Source: Bacteroidota bacterium | GTDB lineage: Bacteria > Bacteroidota > Bacteroidia > UBA8524 | NCBI GenBank assembly: GCA_006226545.1 | Contig: SBGR01000026.1 | Coordinates: 201 to 64,200, forward strand | Length of the DNA: 64,000 nt | Direction: 5' to 3' | Shown here: piece by piece, positions 31,350-41,726 of the stretch | How positions within the stretch are numbered: the stretch's first letter is position 1 | Layout of the letters: every line of letters starts with the position of its first letter | Notes under the pieces: generated by a model | Seen by the model: only the letters and a program-made list of their open reading frames with translations | What the model was told of the DNA's origin: nothing | Databases searched by the model: none | Position numbers and translations under genes: made by a program

Positions 31350-32315
31350 ATGAAAGAAGCCAAATTCCTGAAAACGCGTTCAGCCAAATGGAAAGAAGCC
31401 GAAGCGCGTTTGAAAGAACGCAAGGCTTATTCTCCTGATTACTGGGCTAATGCGTACATTGAATTGAGCGATGACCTTTCATACAGTCAAACCTTCTACC
31501 CGAATTCAAATACCACGGCCTACCTGAATCAATTGCTCAGGCAAGTGCACCGGCAGCTATACAATGCCGAAAGGTTTTCGTGGGGACGAGTTGTGCATTT
31601 TTGGAAAGAGGATGTGCCTGAACTTCTTCTGCATCGCTCTAAACCCATACTGCTCTCCTTCTTAATCTTCGGTATTTGCTTTTTAATTGGGTGGATAAGT
31701 GTTTGGATTGACCCCGACTTCAGCAGGTTAATTATGGGCGATGATTATGTTGACCGCACCGACGTTTACATTGATACGGGCAACCCGATGGGCATTTACG
31801 GATCCATGAATCCGCTGTACATGTTCTTTATGATTACCTCCAACAATATCTGGGTATCCATCATGGTCTTTGCCTTTGGTATTCTAACCAGTATCGGGGT
31901 GGGTGTTTTCTTAGCGAACAACGGCATCATGTTGGGTGCTTTTACAGGCTATTTTTATTTCCAAGACCTCGGACAAATCTCTTCTCAAGCGATTTGGATG
32001 CACGGCACCTTTGAGATTTTCGCTATTGTAATGGCGGGAGGCGCAGGGATTATAATGGGCAACGGCTGGTTATTTCCGGGATCTTTGCCACGCATTCAAA
32101 GCTTCAGACTAGCCGCCGCTCAAGGTGGGAAGCTCATGTTAGCCTTGATTCCTGTATTTGTGATTGCCGGTTTTATTGAAAGTTACTTTACACGACACTA
32201 TAAAAACGAAGTACTCAGTTATGCTACCATAGCGGTTTCGCTTTTGGTAATAATTGGGTACTTCTTGGTTTATCCCTTGTATTTAAAGCGCAAAAATGGA
32301 CGAACAACAAATTGA
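31350..32315 (+). CDS. SpoIIM/DUF95 family membrane protein
   Basis: Start MKEAKF; DDLSYSQTFYP, NNIWV, NGIMLG, IWMHGTFEI, AGFIES. Confidence 0.88.
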   Translation: MKEAKFLKTRSAKWKEAEARLKERKAYSPDYWANAYIELSDDLSYSQTFYPNSNTTAYLNQLLRQVHRQLYNAERFSWGRVVHFWKEDVPELLLHRSKPILLSFLIFGICFLIGWISVWIDPDFSRLIMGDDYVDRTDVYIDTGNPMGIYGSMNPLYMFFMITSNNIWVSIMVFAFGILTSIGVGVFLANNGIMLGAFTGYFYFQDLGQISSQAIWMHGTFEIFAIVMAGGAGIIMGNGWLFPGSLPRIQSFRLAAAQGGKLMLALIPVFVIAGFIESYFTRHYKNEVLSYATIAVSLLVIIGYFLVYPLYLKRKNGRTTN

Positions 32316-33192
32316 ATTATACCAAAAAAGGGATTTAGGACAAACCTTAATTGCCGCCATACAGATTGTTAAATCCAATCCGAAACACTTTTTCAAAACG
32401 GCTGTCTTGATGGTTTTGCCTTTGTTTTTGGCCACTTCAACCTTATCCTTTTTAAAACAAAACATCTACGACCCATCGGCAAGTCCGTATGACCGGATTA
32501 TAAATGAATTTTTAGGCCCGATGAATATTCTCAGCCTAATCGCTTCCTATTTGTATACTGCCTCTTGCACTTGGGCTGCTGTTTACTTTTTAAAGTTATA
32601 CAGAGAAAGAGGATCGGGGAACTTTGAAATGGCCGACCTCTGGTCAGAAGTATTTAAACACGGCTGGAAACTGCTTTTTGCATTTATAGCGGTGGTGATC
32701 ATTACTTCAATTGTAGTAGTGGTGGCAGGCTTCTTTGCCAGCATAACCTTGGTTCTTATTCCATTTTTCTACGTCGCCATGCTGCTTGTGTTTAATTTTT
32801 TACTCATGTTCAGCATCATTTACCTGAACGAAGAAGCTGGATTTAGCAACTCCATCGATAGGGTATTTAAACTCATGAAGGGCCGTTGGTTTTCCAGTGT
32901 TGGCTTGCTCATCGTTTGCATTCTCATCCCATTTTCGGTGATTTTCTCTCCGGTAATCATCACGGCTATAATCGACATTGACTCGTTCAGAGAAGTATTT
33001 GACCTAACTGCAGGCCTTAATGTATCCTTTACCTTGCTGCTTGAGAATATCATGCAAATATTAGGGCTGCTTTACCTGCTTTTATTGAACCTCAGCTTTG
33101 CCGTATTCTATTTTTCCCTTAGTGAAGAAAAAGATCACGTATCGCTTAAAAAACGCGTAGAAGACTTAGGCCCTTTGGGCACTTACCAATGA
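32296..33192 (+). CDS. Integral membrane protein of the MoxR-associated cluster
   Basis: About 6 TM helices, N-terminal LYQKRDLG, operon position. Confidence 0.7.
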   Translation: MDEQQIELYQKRDLGQTLIAAIQIVKSNPKHFFKTAVLMVLPLFLATSTLSFLKQNIYDPSASPYDRIINEFLGPMNILSLIASYLYTASCTWAAVYFLKLYRERGSGNFEMADLWSEVFKHGWKLLFAFIAVVIITSIVVVVAGFFASITLVLIPFFYVAMLLVFNFLLMFSIIYLNEEAGFSNSIDRVFKLMKGRWFSSVGLLIVCILIPFSVIFSPVIITAIIDIDSFREVFDLTAGLNVSFTLLLENIMQILGLLYLLLLNLSFAVFYFSLSEEKDHVSLKKRVEDLGPLGTYQ

Positions 33193-33920
33193 GGAAACTT
33201 CTCCTTTTCATATTGAGTATCTTAAGCTTTCCGCTTTTCGCTAACAACACTTGGACGCGAGATACGGCTATTTACCGTATTCGCGATTTTGAAGAAAGTC
33301 AGTTGCAGGAGCTAAGAAAAGACGACCGTTACCACTATGAAGAGGCTGAACTGGAACGCGATGCTCCAAGTATGTGGCAATTGCTCAACGACTGGATTAA
33401 GGACCTTCTTAAAAAGTATAATCTCAACCACGAGCCGGAAACCGTGGAGATGTGGACCAATATCCTGATTTGGTCTCTGGTGGGCATTGCACTTTTACTG
33501 GTGATCTGGTTCCTAGCGCGAAATAGCAATTTTGCACAACTCTTTAAACGCGGTGACCAAGACCTGAAAGAGGCCATCGAGTTTTTGTCCTATACCGGCA
33601 CTAATTCCAACTTGGAAGAAGACTTACAACAGGCAGAAGCCAAAGCAGATTATCCATTGGCCTTGCGACTGTTATTTATCCGCAGTTTGCGCATTTTAGA
33701 AGATGCCATGCTCATCAGTTTTAAAAAGGATAAAACCAATAGCGAATACCTGGATGAACTTCGCTTGAAGGCCCAATACCCTTACGTGGAACGGTTAACC
33801 CATTGGTTTGAACGCGTGCATTACGGAGAATACGAAATCAATTCATCTCAATACGCGGAGTGCAAGGAACTCTTTTCGCAAATGCGTCAAACTCTGAAAG
33901 GAGGCACAGATCATGGATAA
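33189..33920 (+). CDS. DUF4129-domain protein
   Basis: Signal peptide plus TM; ALRLLF...KTNSEY...FERVHYG. Confidence 0.8.
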   Translation: MRKLLLFILSILSFPLFANNTWTRDTAIYRIRDFEESQLQELRKDDRYHYEEAELERDAPSMWQLLNDWIKDLLKKYNLNHEPETVEMWTNILIWSLVGIALLLVIWFLARNSNFAQLFKRGDQDLKEAIEFLSYTGTNSNLEEDLQQAEAKADYPLALRLLFIRSLRILEDAMLISFKKDKTNSEYLDELRLKAQYPYVERLTHWFERVHYGEYEINSSQYAECKELFSQMRQTLKGGTDHG

Positions 33921-35070
33921 ACGGTATCTGTACTTGCTAATTCCTGTGGTCATCCTGGCCTATTTAACGGGTGGTCAAACTCAATCGCCAACACGTTTAG
34001 AGACCTATGAAGCGAATGATCCCGGACCTTACGGCACCGAGGTTTTACGCAAACTGCTTCCACGATTTTTCCTCGATAAAACCATTGAAGACATCAATGA
34101 GCCCATGCTGAACAGGCAGACGGCCTTTGAATTCAGCCTCAACTCCAACCTTATTTTCATTAGCAAAGACTTGGATTTTAGCTTGCCTGAGTTGGAGATC
34201 ATGCGCGATTTCATGGAGAAGGGCAATGATATTTTTGTTTCAGCAGACGACTTCAACCCGGGCTTCTTAAGTGAATTTGACCTTACCATTGAAGACCGTG
34301 TTATCTATTCTGGCGATAGCATTCACCTGAAGTATTCGCATCCGAAACACCACGCTAAGGAAGCACTGAGTCCGGATTTTGTTTACCATTACTTTACGCT
34401 CGACAGCAGTTTTGATGGAAAAGTGCTAGGAACAGTAGAGCGCGATACCTTCCCATTCTTCATCCGAGTACCTGTGGGCAGCGGTAACTTATTGATTCAC
34501 CTTCAGCCACGCATTTTCAGCAACCAGGAAATCCTACGTGGCGAAGACCACGCTGAGTTGGCCCTCTCCTACCTTAAGTTGCAAGACACGTATTGGGACA
34601 ATTACCACAAAACTTACAAGCGCATCAAGGAACATAAGCTCACCTACATTAAATCCAACCCGCCGCTCTGGATTGCATTGCGCGTTTTACTTATGGCAGG
34701 ATTACTCTTTATCTTCTTTGAAGCGAAACGCAGGCAAAGGGCCATTCCGGTTATCAAAGCCCCAAGAAACGAAAGCCTGAACTTCATTCGAACCATCGCT
34801 AACTTGTATTTTAATGAAGGCAAACACCGGGAGATGGCAGACAAGAAAATTCAACACTTTTACCAAGAAGTATACGCCCGACTAAACATCAATAGACAGG
34901 ATACTGCGTTCTTGGAAAAGCTACAAAAGAAAACAGGCATGGAGCCCGAATTACTCGATTTACTCCAAGCACAATTGAACTATAATCAGCGGAATAAAAC
35001 CTTTACACAGAAGGATCTGCTGGAATTAAATAACGTGATAGACACTTGTTATGAACGAATTAGAAAATAG
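33913..35070 (+). CDS. DUF4350-domain protein
   Basis: PYGT, G.GNLLIH, YWDNY, AKRRQRAIPVI, F.RTIANLY. Confidence 0.8.
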   Translation: MDKRYLYLLIPVVILAYLTGGQTQSPTRLETYEANDPGPYGTEVLRKLLPRFFLDKTIEDINEPMLNRQTAFEFSLNSNLIFISKDLDFSLPELEIMRDFMEKGNDIFVSADDFNPGFLSEFDLTIEDRVIYSGDSIHLKYSHPKHHAKEALSPDFVYHYFTLDSSFDGKVLGTVERDTFPFFIRVPVGSGNLLIHLQPRIFSNQEILRGEDHAELALSYLKLQDTYWDNYHKTYKRIKEHKLTYIKSNPPLWIALRVLLMAGLLFIFFEAKRRQRAIPVIKAPRNESLNFIRTIANLYFNEGKHREMADKKIQHFYQEVYARLNINRQDTAFLEKLQKKTGMEPELLDLLQAQLNYNQRNKTFTQKDLLELNNVIDTCYERIRK

Positions 35071-36043
35071 CCATTTGGAAGAAGAGCACCGCATCGACTT
35101 TGCTGCTTTTCACGAGAAAATTGAAGCCATTAAAAGCGGACTCTCCAAGGCGGTAATTGGTCAACATCAGCTGGTAGAACAGGTACTCATAGCTCTATTT
35201 GCGAATGGGCATGTATTGATTGAAGGCGTTCCTGGCGTGGCCAAAACGCTGCTGGCTAAATCGGTGAGTCGTTCTGTAAACACCCGATTTGCGCGTATCC
35301 AGTTTACGCCTGATTTAATGCCGAGCGATATTTTGGGAACCAGCATCTTCAACCAGAAAACCCAAGACTTTGAATTGAGAAAAGGGCCTATTTACGCCAA
35401 CCTTGTGTTGATTGATGAGATCAACCGCGCCCCGGCTAAAACGCAAGCTGCCTTGTTTGAAGTGATGGAGGAGCGTCAGGTGAGTTTGGACGGACAAACC
35501 ATCAAAATGGAGGAGCCTTTTATGGTTATCGCTACCCAAAACCCGGTAGAACACGAAGGAACCTACCGCTTACCAGAGGCTCAGCTCGATCGTTTTATGA
35601 TGAAGATTGTAGCCGATTATCCGCAAGTAGACGAAGAGCTTGAAGTGTTAAAAAGCCATCATAATTACGGTCAACAAGAACTGTACAAGCAGGTAGAAGC
35701 AGTTATCAATCCGGAAGAGATTGCCAAGTTCAAAGCCCAAATCAAAGGCGTGAAGGTGGAAGACCATATGCTTCGCTATATCAATGAAATTGTACGCAGA
35801 ACCCGTGAATACCCAGGCATTTTCTTAGGGGCATCGCCTCGAGCAGGTATTGCTATGCTGGCGGCCTCCAAGGTTTTGGCAGCGATGCACGACCGTGATT
35901 TTGTAACACCTGATGATATCAAATCTGTGGCTCTTCCCGTGATGCGTCACCGTATCTTACTTACACCTGAGCGTGAAATGGAAGGCAGCAATCCGGATGA
36001 CCTTATTCGTGAAATCATTGGCCAAGTAGAAGTTCCAAGGTAA
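35051..36043 (+). CDS. moxR: MoxR-family AAA+ ATPase
   Basis: GVPGVAKT, RIQFTPDLMPSD, DEINR, ATQNPVE, LPEAQLDRF, GASPRA. Confidence 0.96.
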   Translation: MNELENSHLEEEHRIDFAAFHEKIEAIKSGLSKAVIGQHQLVEQVLIALFANGHVLIEGVPGVAKTLLAKSVSRSVNTRFARIQFTPDLMPSDILGTSIFNQKTQDFELRKGPIYANLVLIDEINRAPAKTQAALFEVMEERQVSLDGQTIKMEEPFMVIATQNPVEHEGTYRLPEAQLDRFMMKIVADYPQVDEELEVLKSHHNYGQQELYKQVEAVINPEEIAKFKAQIKGVKVEDHMLRYINEIVRRTREYPGIFLGASPRAGIAMLAASKVLAAMHDRDFVTPDDIKSVALPVMRHRILLTPEREMEGSNPDDLIREIIGQVEVPR

Positions 36044-37383
36044 TGTCGAGTTTAAAGCAATACTATTTTTCCTTTTTCCCTAGCCTGCGGTTTTATGGCG
36101 GACTCGGCTTGGGCGTGGTATTGCTTATTCTCTCCTATTTCTTTCCGGCACTTTATTTCTTCGCTAAACTGTTTTTGGTGCTGTTGGGCGCCTTAACCCT
36201 ATTGGAGACGGCTTTGCTTTACTCAGGCAACCACATCAAAGCAACTCGCAACACGCCGGAGCGCTTGTCTAATGGCGATCCCAACCCTATTAAGGTAAAC
36301 ATCGATTCCATCTACGCTATTCCTGTTCAAGTGAAAGTGATAGACGAATTACCGGTGCAACTGCAGGTTCGGCAATTTGAAATTCAAGACTCCATCAACA
36401 GCAATAGCTCCAAAACCATAGAATACTTGATTTACCCGAAGTCGAGAGGAAACTACGCCTTCGGCAAATTGCATGTATTTGCTTCTTGCTTGGCGGGATT
36501 AATTGAGCGAAGATTCAGCTTTGAGGCAGCACAAGACCTTGCTTGTTATCCATCCTACCTGCAGCTTCGGCAGTTTGAGTTCCTAGCGATATCGAATCGC
36601 TTACAAGATGCAGGCATCAAGAAAATTAGACGCCTTGGACACCATTACGAATTTGAAAAAATCAAAGACTATGTGCCCGGCGACGATATCCGAACGGTAA
36701 ACTGGAAAGCCACAGCGAGAAGAAGCAAGTTGATGGTGAACCTTTACGAAGACGAGAAATCGCAGCAAGTCTATTCCATCTTGGATTTAGGTCGGGTAAT
36801 GCGCAATCCGTTTAACGGAATGACCTTATTGGATTATGCAATCAATACTTCCTTGGTATTGAGCAGCATTGCCATCAACAAATACGACAAAGCCGGACTC
36901 ATTGCTTTTGATCATGCTAATGTAGACATCTTGCCGGCCGATCGCCGCTCCGGCCAGATGCGCAAGATTCAAGAAAAACTCTACAAAGTGGATACGCATT
37001 TTCTAGAGTCAGATTTCGAGCGACTATACCTCCAAATCAGGCATAAGCTAAACCAACGATCACTATTGGTTTTGTATACCAATTTCGATACGGTTAACTC
37101 CATGCGCAGGCATTTGCCTTTCCTTCGCTTTATCAATAAACGCCATCTTTTACTTTTGGTGTTTTTTAAAGACACTCAATTGGAAGCGGTATTGGAAGAG
37201 CCCGTTCACAAGGTCTCCGAAGTATACGTTAAAACCGTAGCAGAGAAATTCCAGTTTGAGAAACAACTTATTGTTGACGAGCTCCGAAAAGAAGGCATCA
37301 TGAGCATTCTCTCTCGCCCTGAAGATTTAAGCGCCAATACCTTAAACAAGTACCTGGAGTTGAAATCGCGTGGACTCCTCTAG
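36043..37383 (+). CDS. DUF58 (VWA-like) protein
   Basis: EFEKIKDYVPGDDIRTVNWKATAR, DLGRVM. Confidence 0.92.
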   Translation: MSSLKQYYFSFFPSLRFYGGLGLGVVLLILSYFFPALYFFAKLFLVLLGALTLLETALLYSGNHIKATRNTPERLSNGDPNPIKVNIDSIYAIPVQVKVIDELPVQLQVRQFEIQDSINSNSSKTIEYLIYPKSRGNYAFGKLHVFASCLAGLIERRFSFEAAQDLACYPSYLQLRQFEFLAISNRLQDAGIKKIRRLGHHYEFEKIKDYVPGDDIRTVNWKATARRSKLMVNLYEDEKSQQVYSILDLGRVMRNPFNGMTLLDYAINTSLVLSSIAINKYDKAGLIAFDHANVDILPADRRSGQMRKIQEKLYKVDTHFLESDFERLYLQIRHKLNQRSLLVLYTNFDTVNSMRRHLPFLRFINKRHLLLLVFFKDTQLEAVLEEPVHKVSEVYVKTVAEKFQFEKQLIVDELRKEGIMSILSRPEDLSANTLNKYLELKSRGLL

Positions 37384-37437
37384 CTTTTCTCATTCCAGAA
37401 AAACACATTAAATTCGAATTCCAAACCATTGTAGAAG

Positions 37438-38394
37438 ATGAAAAGAATTTTACTGCTTATCGGGGCCGCATTGGCTCTAAGTTCTGCTGCAAAAGCACAG
37501 AAGAATGTTTACCTCACCGTTAAACACATGTTGGGTTCGGAATCCTTTGCTTTCAATAAAAGCTTTAGAAGCAGCGAGGGAGACTCAGTAAAATACACCC
37601 GCATGCAATACTATATCAGTGGCATCAAACTGATACACGATGGCGGCCAAGAGACGGCGCTTTCCGATAAATATCTCTTAGTGAATGCTGGCTCATCCGA
37701 TAGTTTCAGTTTAGGTCAACAAAACATCACATCGCTCGAAAAAATTCGTTTTTACATAGGCGTTGATGGTGGCGTAAACCACGGTGATCCAGCTGCTTGG
37801 CCGGGCAACCACGCTTTAGCTCCAAAGTCGCCGTCTATGCACTGGGGCTGGGCCGCAGGTTACCGTTTTTTGGCCTTAGAAGGACTATGTGGAAATGGTA
37901 TAAGTCAAGCCATGGAGCTTCATGCAGTTGGTGATGGCCTGTATTTCGAAACTGTAATAGCCACCAGCGGTATTAGCAATGGATCTGATTTAAGCATTCA
38001 ATTATCGGCAGATTATTCCAAGGCGGTTATGGGCATCGATTTATCCAACGGCCTAACCCGCCATGGTGATGGTGAGAACGAAACCATGGCATTGCTGAAC
38101 TTCGTTTCATCGGTTTTCACTTCATCAGAAGGAAATCAGTCTACCCTAAACGTAGAAAAACCAAAAGAACTGAATTGCAATTTGTACCCGAATCCAAGTA
38201 GGGGACAAGCTTCCTTAAGCTTTGATCAAGTGGAGGAAAGAAAAATTCAAATGCACGATATCCAAGGAAAACTCGCATTAAGCTTAACTACTTCAGATGC
38301 TCAGGTACCATTGAACTGGACAAAACCCGGCATGTATTTCATTACCATTTCAGCCGGAGAAACTAAAAAAGTGCTGACATGGATTGTACGATAA
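37438..38394 (+). CDS. MbnP-family putative copper-binding protein with T9SS type A C-terminal domain
   Basis: YYISGIKL, FYIGVD..NHGDP, MHWGWAAGYRF (WxW); C-terminal LYPNPS...DIQGK...GMYFI. Confidence 0.8.
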   Translation: MKRILLLIGAALALSSAAKAQKNVYLTVKHMLGSESFAFNKSFRSSEGDSVKYTRMQYYISGIKLIHDGGQETALSDKYLLVNAGSSDSFSLGQQNITSLEKIRFYIGVDGGVNHGDPAAWPGNHALAPKSPSMHWGWAAGYRFLALEGLCGNGISQAMELHAVGDGLYFETVIATSGISNGSDLSIQLSADYSKAVMGIDLSNGLTRHGDGENETMALLNFVSSVFTSSEGNQSTLNVEKPKELNCNLYPNPSRGQASLSFDQVEERKIQMHDIQGKLALSLTTSDAQVPLNWTKPGMYFITISAGETKKVLTWIVR

Positions 38395-39485
38395 AACATA
38401 CCAAAACAGGCATTCTATTCTTGGCTATTCTCGGACTTTGGCTGGGATTAGAGGCTTGTCAGAAAGATTCCCCAATCACCGAGCCTGATGCGGGAAACCC
38501 TGCGTATGAGCTGAGTTATCAGAATCTATCAGACCCGGATATTCCGGCTGATAATCCTTTGACGGTAGAAGGCGTTAAGCTCGGCCGACTCTTATTTTAC
38601 GAAAAAATGCTTTCAGGTGATGGAACCCAAAGTTGTGCTGATTGCCATCGCCAAAGCAATGCCTTTTCCGATACGGCTCGGTTTTCTACCGGCATAGCCG
38701 GGATGCAAGGAAAACGACAGGCCATGGCGGTTTTTAATATGCTTTGGAATAGCAATGGTTTCTTTTGGGATGGCCGTGCAAGCCTCTTGCGTCACCAGGC
38801 TTTATTACCAATTCAGGACCCTTTAGAGATGAATGAAAGCCTGAGCAATGTGGTGAATAAACTTTCCAACAGTAGCCTATATCCGACTCAATTTGAAAAA
38901 GCCTTTGGAAGCAGGGAAATCACCGAAACACTCATTTCCTTAGCTCTTGAGCAGTTTATGAACAGCATCACTTCTAGCTCAAGCAAATACGATGACTACC
39001 TGCAAGGCAAACAAAGCTTGAGTGCCTCTGAAGAGCGGGGACGAAAATTGTTTTTTGCTGAATACAATCCGTTTTTCCCGGAAGAATCTGGTGCCGACTG
39101 TGCTCATTGCCATTCAGGAAACAATTTTGAAAACGACTTATACATGAACAATGGCTTGGATACGTTCTTTACCGGGATGGATATCGGACATCAAAAAGTG
39201 ACCAATAACGCGAATGACCGTTCTCGGTTTAAAGTAACAAGCCTACGCAATATTGAGCTTACGCAACCCTATATGCACGATGGTCGTTTTCAAACTTTAG
39301 AAGAAGTAATTGACCATTATAATAGTGGATTATTCGATTCTCCTACTTTGGATCCGGCTTTGAAAAACACCTTGGGAACTGGCCTCATGCTTGATGTTCA
39401 AGACAAGGCAGATCTTATTGCATTTTTAAAGACTCTGACCGATACCAAGCTTATCAGCAATCCGGCATATGCCAATCCGCATTAA
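38379..39485 (+). CDS. Di-heme cytochrome c peroxidase family (MbnH/MauG-like) lipoprotein
   Basis: Lipobox LEAC; CADCH and CAHCH; FFWDGR; SLRNI..TQPYMHDG. Confidence 0.9.
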   Translation: MDCTIKHTKTGILFLAILGLWLGLEACQKDSPITEPDAGNPAYELSYQNLSDPDIPADNPLTVEGVKLGRLLFYEKMLSGDGTQSCADCHRQSNAFSDTARFSTGIAGMQGKRQAMAVFNMLWNSNGFFWDGRASLLRHQALLPIQDPLEMNESLSNVVNKLSNSSLYPTQFEKAFGSREITETLISLALEQFMNSITSSSSKYDDYLQGKQSLSASEERGRKLFFAEYNPFFPEESGADCAHCHSGNNFENDLYMNNGLDTFFTGMDIGHQKVTNNANDRSRFKVTSLRNIELTQPYMHDGRFQTLEEVIDHYNSGLFDSPTLDPALKNTLGTGLMLDVQDKADLIAFLKTLTDTKLISNPAYANPH

Positions 39486-40488
39486 TCAAAAATGGATTTT
39501 ACTCGGCCTAGCAAGCTCCCTTTACTTTTTGGCTTGCCGGCAAGGAGAAACCGTTTTGCCCAGTGAGGAAGTTTGGTATGCTAGAGAAATACCTTACTTC
39601 CCGCCAAAGAATATTCCTTCCGATAATCAATTAACCCCAGAACGCATCGCTTTAGGGAAAGCCCTGTTTTTTGATCCAATTTTATCTCGCGACTCCAGTC
39701 TGAGTTGTGCTTCATGTCATAAACAGGAATTTGCTTTTGCCGATAACAAAACCAAGACACCCGGAATAGCAAATAGACCAGGTACCCGGAATGTTCCCGT
39801 GCTTTTTAACCTTGTTTACCAAGACCGGTTTTTACGGGAAGGATCGCTCCCTACATTGGAAATGCAAGTGCTTGTACCGATACAGGAGCACAATGAATTC
39901 GATTTCAATATTGTTGATATAGCGGACAAACTGAAGCTCATTCCTTTTTACGATTCGCTAGCTAAACTCGCCTATAACCGCGAACCGGATCCATTTGTCA
40001 TTACAAGAAGTATCTCTGCCTTTGAGCGAACTTTAATCAGTGCAGACAGTAAATACGATCAGGTTCGACTGGGTAAAACTAAATTCAATCAAACAGAAGA
40101 ATTAGGTTATTCCCTGTTCAAAACGTTTTGCGCCAGCTGTCATACTGAGCCTCTGTTTACCAACCATCAGAATGCCAACAACGGCCTTTACGTGCATTAC
40201 AATGATCCCGGAAGGTATCGATTCACCAAAATACCGAAGGATAGCGGCTCCTTTAAAATTCCAAGTTTGCGAAACATAGCCTTTACAGCGCCCTATATGC
40301 ACAATGGTTCACTAAAAGACTTGGATGCCGTTATCCTACACTATAATATGGGTGGACAACACGGGCCAAACCAAGATGGGAGAGTTCAAGCATTGAACTT
40401 AAACCCCACACAGAAAGCTGCCTTGAAAGCATTTCTCCTCACTTTAAGTGATTATTCTTTCTTGAACGATCCAAACTTCAAACCATAA
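39469..40488 (+). CDS. Second di-heme cytochrome c peroxidase family lipoprotein
   Basis: Lipobox FLAC; two CASCH; PSLRNI..TAPYMHNG. Confidence 0.9.
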   Translation: MPIRINQKWILLGLASSLYFLACRQGETVLPSEEVWYAREIPYFPPKNIPSDNQLTPERIALGKALFFDPILSRDSSLSCASCHKQEFAFADNKTKTPGIANRPGTRNVPVLFNLVYQDRFLREGSLPTLEMQVLVPIQEHNEFDFNIVDIADKLKLIPFYDSLAKLAYNREPDPFVITRSISAFERTLISADSKYDQVRLGKTKFNQTEELGYSLFKTFCASCHTEPLFTNHQNANNGLYVHYNDPGRYRFTKIPKDSGSFKIPSLRNIAFTAPYMHNGSLKDLDAVILHYNMGGQHGPNQDGRVQALNLNPTQKAALKAFLLTLSDYSFLNDPNFKP

Positions 40489-40568
40489 GGCGCTGTATTT
40501 CTTTTGTTTGAGTAGGATTATTTGATTTAAATCTCAATTTAACTAACTTGCGTTAGTTTAACGAAGTT

Positions 40569-40955
40569 ATGAAGATTAAATCCTTAGATCCACGCATCAC
40601 CAGGGCCGGAATTGAATCCGAAGAGTCCATGGAAATTCAACTTCAGCCACTTGATCACTTTGAGACTTACGAAGTGTTTCATCAGAAAAAACGTGGCACT
40701 CACCACCAGCACGTAGGAACAGTACATGCTCCAAACCCTGAAATGGCTTTGCTGTTTGGGAAAGAGCAGTACGGTCGCCGTGGCGCTTGCGTGAATATCT
40801 GGGTTACGAAAACCGCAGATATCTTCGCTTCAGACTACGATGATTCAGACATCTTCGATACAACACCGGAGAAACTATACCGCGAAGCAGCACCTTATAA
40901 GGTGATGGACCGCATCAATGAATACAAAGCGAAACAAGCTCAAGAAAACGCCTGA
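40569..40955 (+). CDS. paaB: Phenylacetyl-CoA epoxidase subunit B
   Basis: YEVF...HVGTVHAP..EMAL....Y.RR...IWV; first gene of a paaBCD run. Confidence 0.85.
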   Translation: MKIKSLDPRITRAGIESEESMEIQLQPLDHFETYEVFHQKKRGTHHQHVGTVHAPNPEMALLFGKEQYGRRGACVNIWVTKTADIFASDYDDSDIFDTTPEKLYREAAPYKVMDRINEYKAKQAQENA

Positions 40956-40957
40956 TC

Positions 40958-41722
40958 ATGAACGAACAAAGCACTTTAGCAATCAAAGAATTGCTGTATA
41001 AAATGGCCGACGACCTTTTGATTTTAGGTCACCGCAACTCGGAATGGACCGGTATCGGACCAATGCTTGAGGAGGATATTGCCTTTTCTTCGATGGCTCA
41101 GGATAAAATCGGACAGAGTTTGGCCTTATACCAAATTTTAAATACCCTTGGTGAAGCAGATCCGGACACTGTTGCATTTACCCGCAATGCTCCACAGTTT
41201 CACAACTGTCAATTGGTAGAATTTCCGATTGGCGAATACGATTTCTCTTTGGTTCGTCACTTCTTGTTTGACAACGCAGAATTGATTCGCTACGAGATGT
41301 TAGCTCAATCATCGTATGAGCCTTTAGCGAAAGTAGCCCGCAAATTCAAAGGTGAATTGAAATACCACAAATTCCACGGTGATACCTTCTTGATGAAGTT
41401 GGGACAAGGAACTGCCGAGAGCAAAGAGCGCATGCAGAAGTCGTTGAATGAAGCTTGGAACTATGCATTAGGCATCTTCGAATCTGTACCTCATGAGTCT
41501 ACGCTAATTGCTGAAGGTGTATGGCAAGGTGAAGCAGCTTTAAAAGCCCGCTGGATTGACGCCATCAGTCCCATCTTAGAACAAGCAGGATTGGAAATTC
41601 CGGCCGAATCTACTTGGGCTCCTGTTTACGGCGGACTTCAAGGAGAGCATACAGAACATTTGCAACCACTCTTAGATGAGATGAGCGAGGTGTTCCGTGT
41701 GGACCCTACAGCTGAATGGTAA
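40958..41722 (+). CDS. paaC: Phenylacetyl-CoA epoxidase subunit C
   Basis: ADDLLILGHRNSEW, LEEDIA, HTEHL, terminal AEW. Confidence 0.92.
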   Translation: MNEQSTLAIKELLYKMADDLLILGHRNSEWTGIGPMLEEDIAFSSMAQDKIGQSLALYQILNTLGEADPDTVAFTRNAPQFHNCQLVEFPIGEYDFSLVRHFLFDNAELIRYEMLAQSSYEPLAKVARKFKGELKYHKFHGDTFLMKLGQGTAESKERMQKSLNEAWNYALGIFESVPHESTLIAEGVWQGEAALKARWIDAISPILEQAGLEIPAESTWAPVYGGLQGEHTEHLQPLLDEMSEVFRVDPTAEW

Positions 41723-41726
41723 GACT

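Noticed and set aside
31350..32315. Sporulation function implied by the SpoIIM family name
   Set aside because: No sporulation genes and a Bacteroidota context; the name reflects family homology only.
37438..40488. Methanobactin biosynthetic cluster
   Set aside because: No mbnA precursor, mbnB/C or TonB receptor in the window; only the MbnP/MbnH-like module is present.
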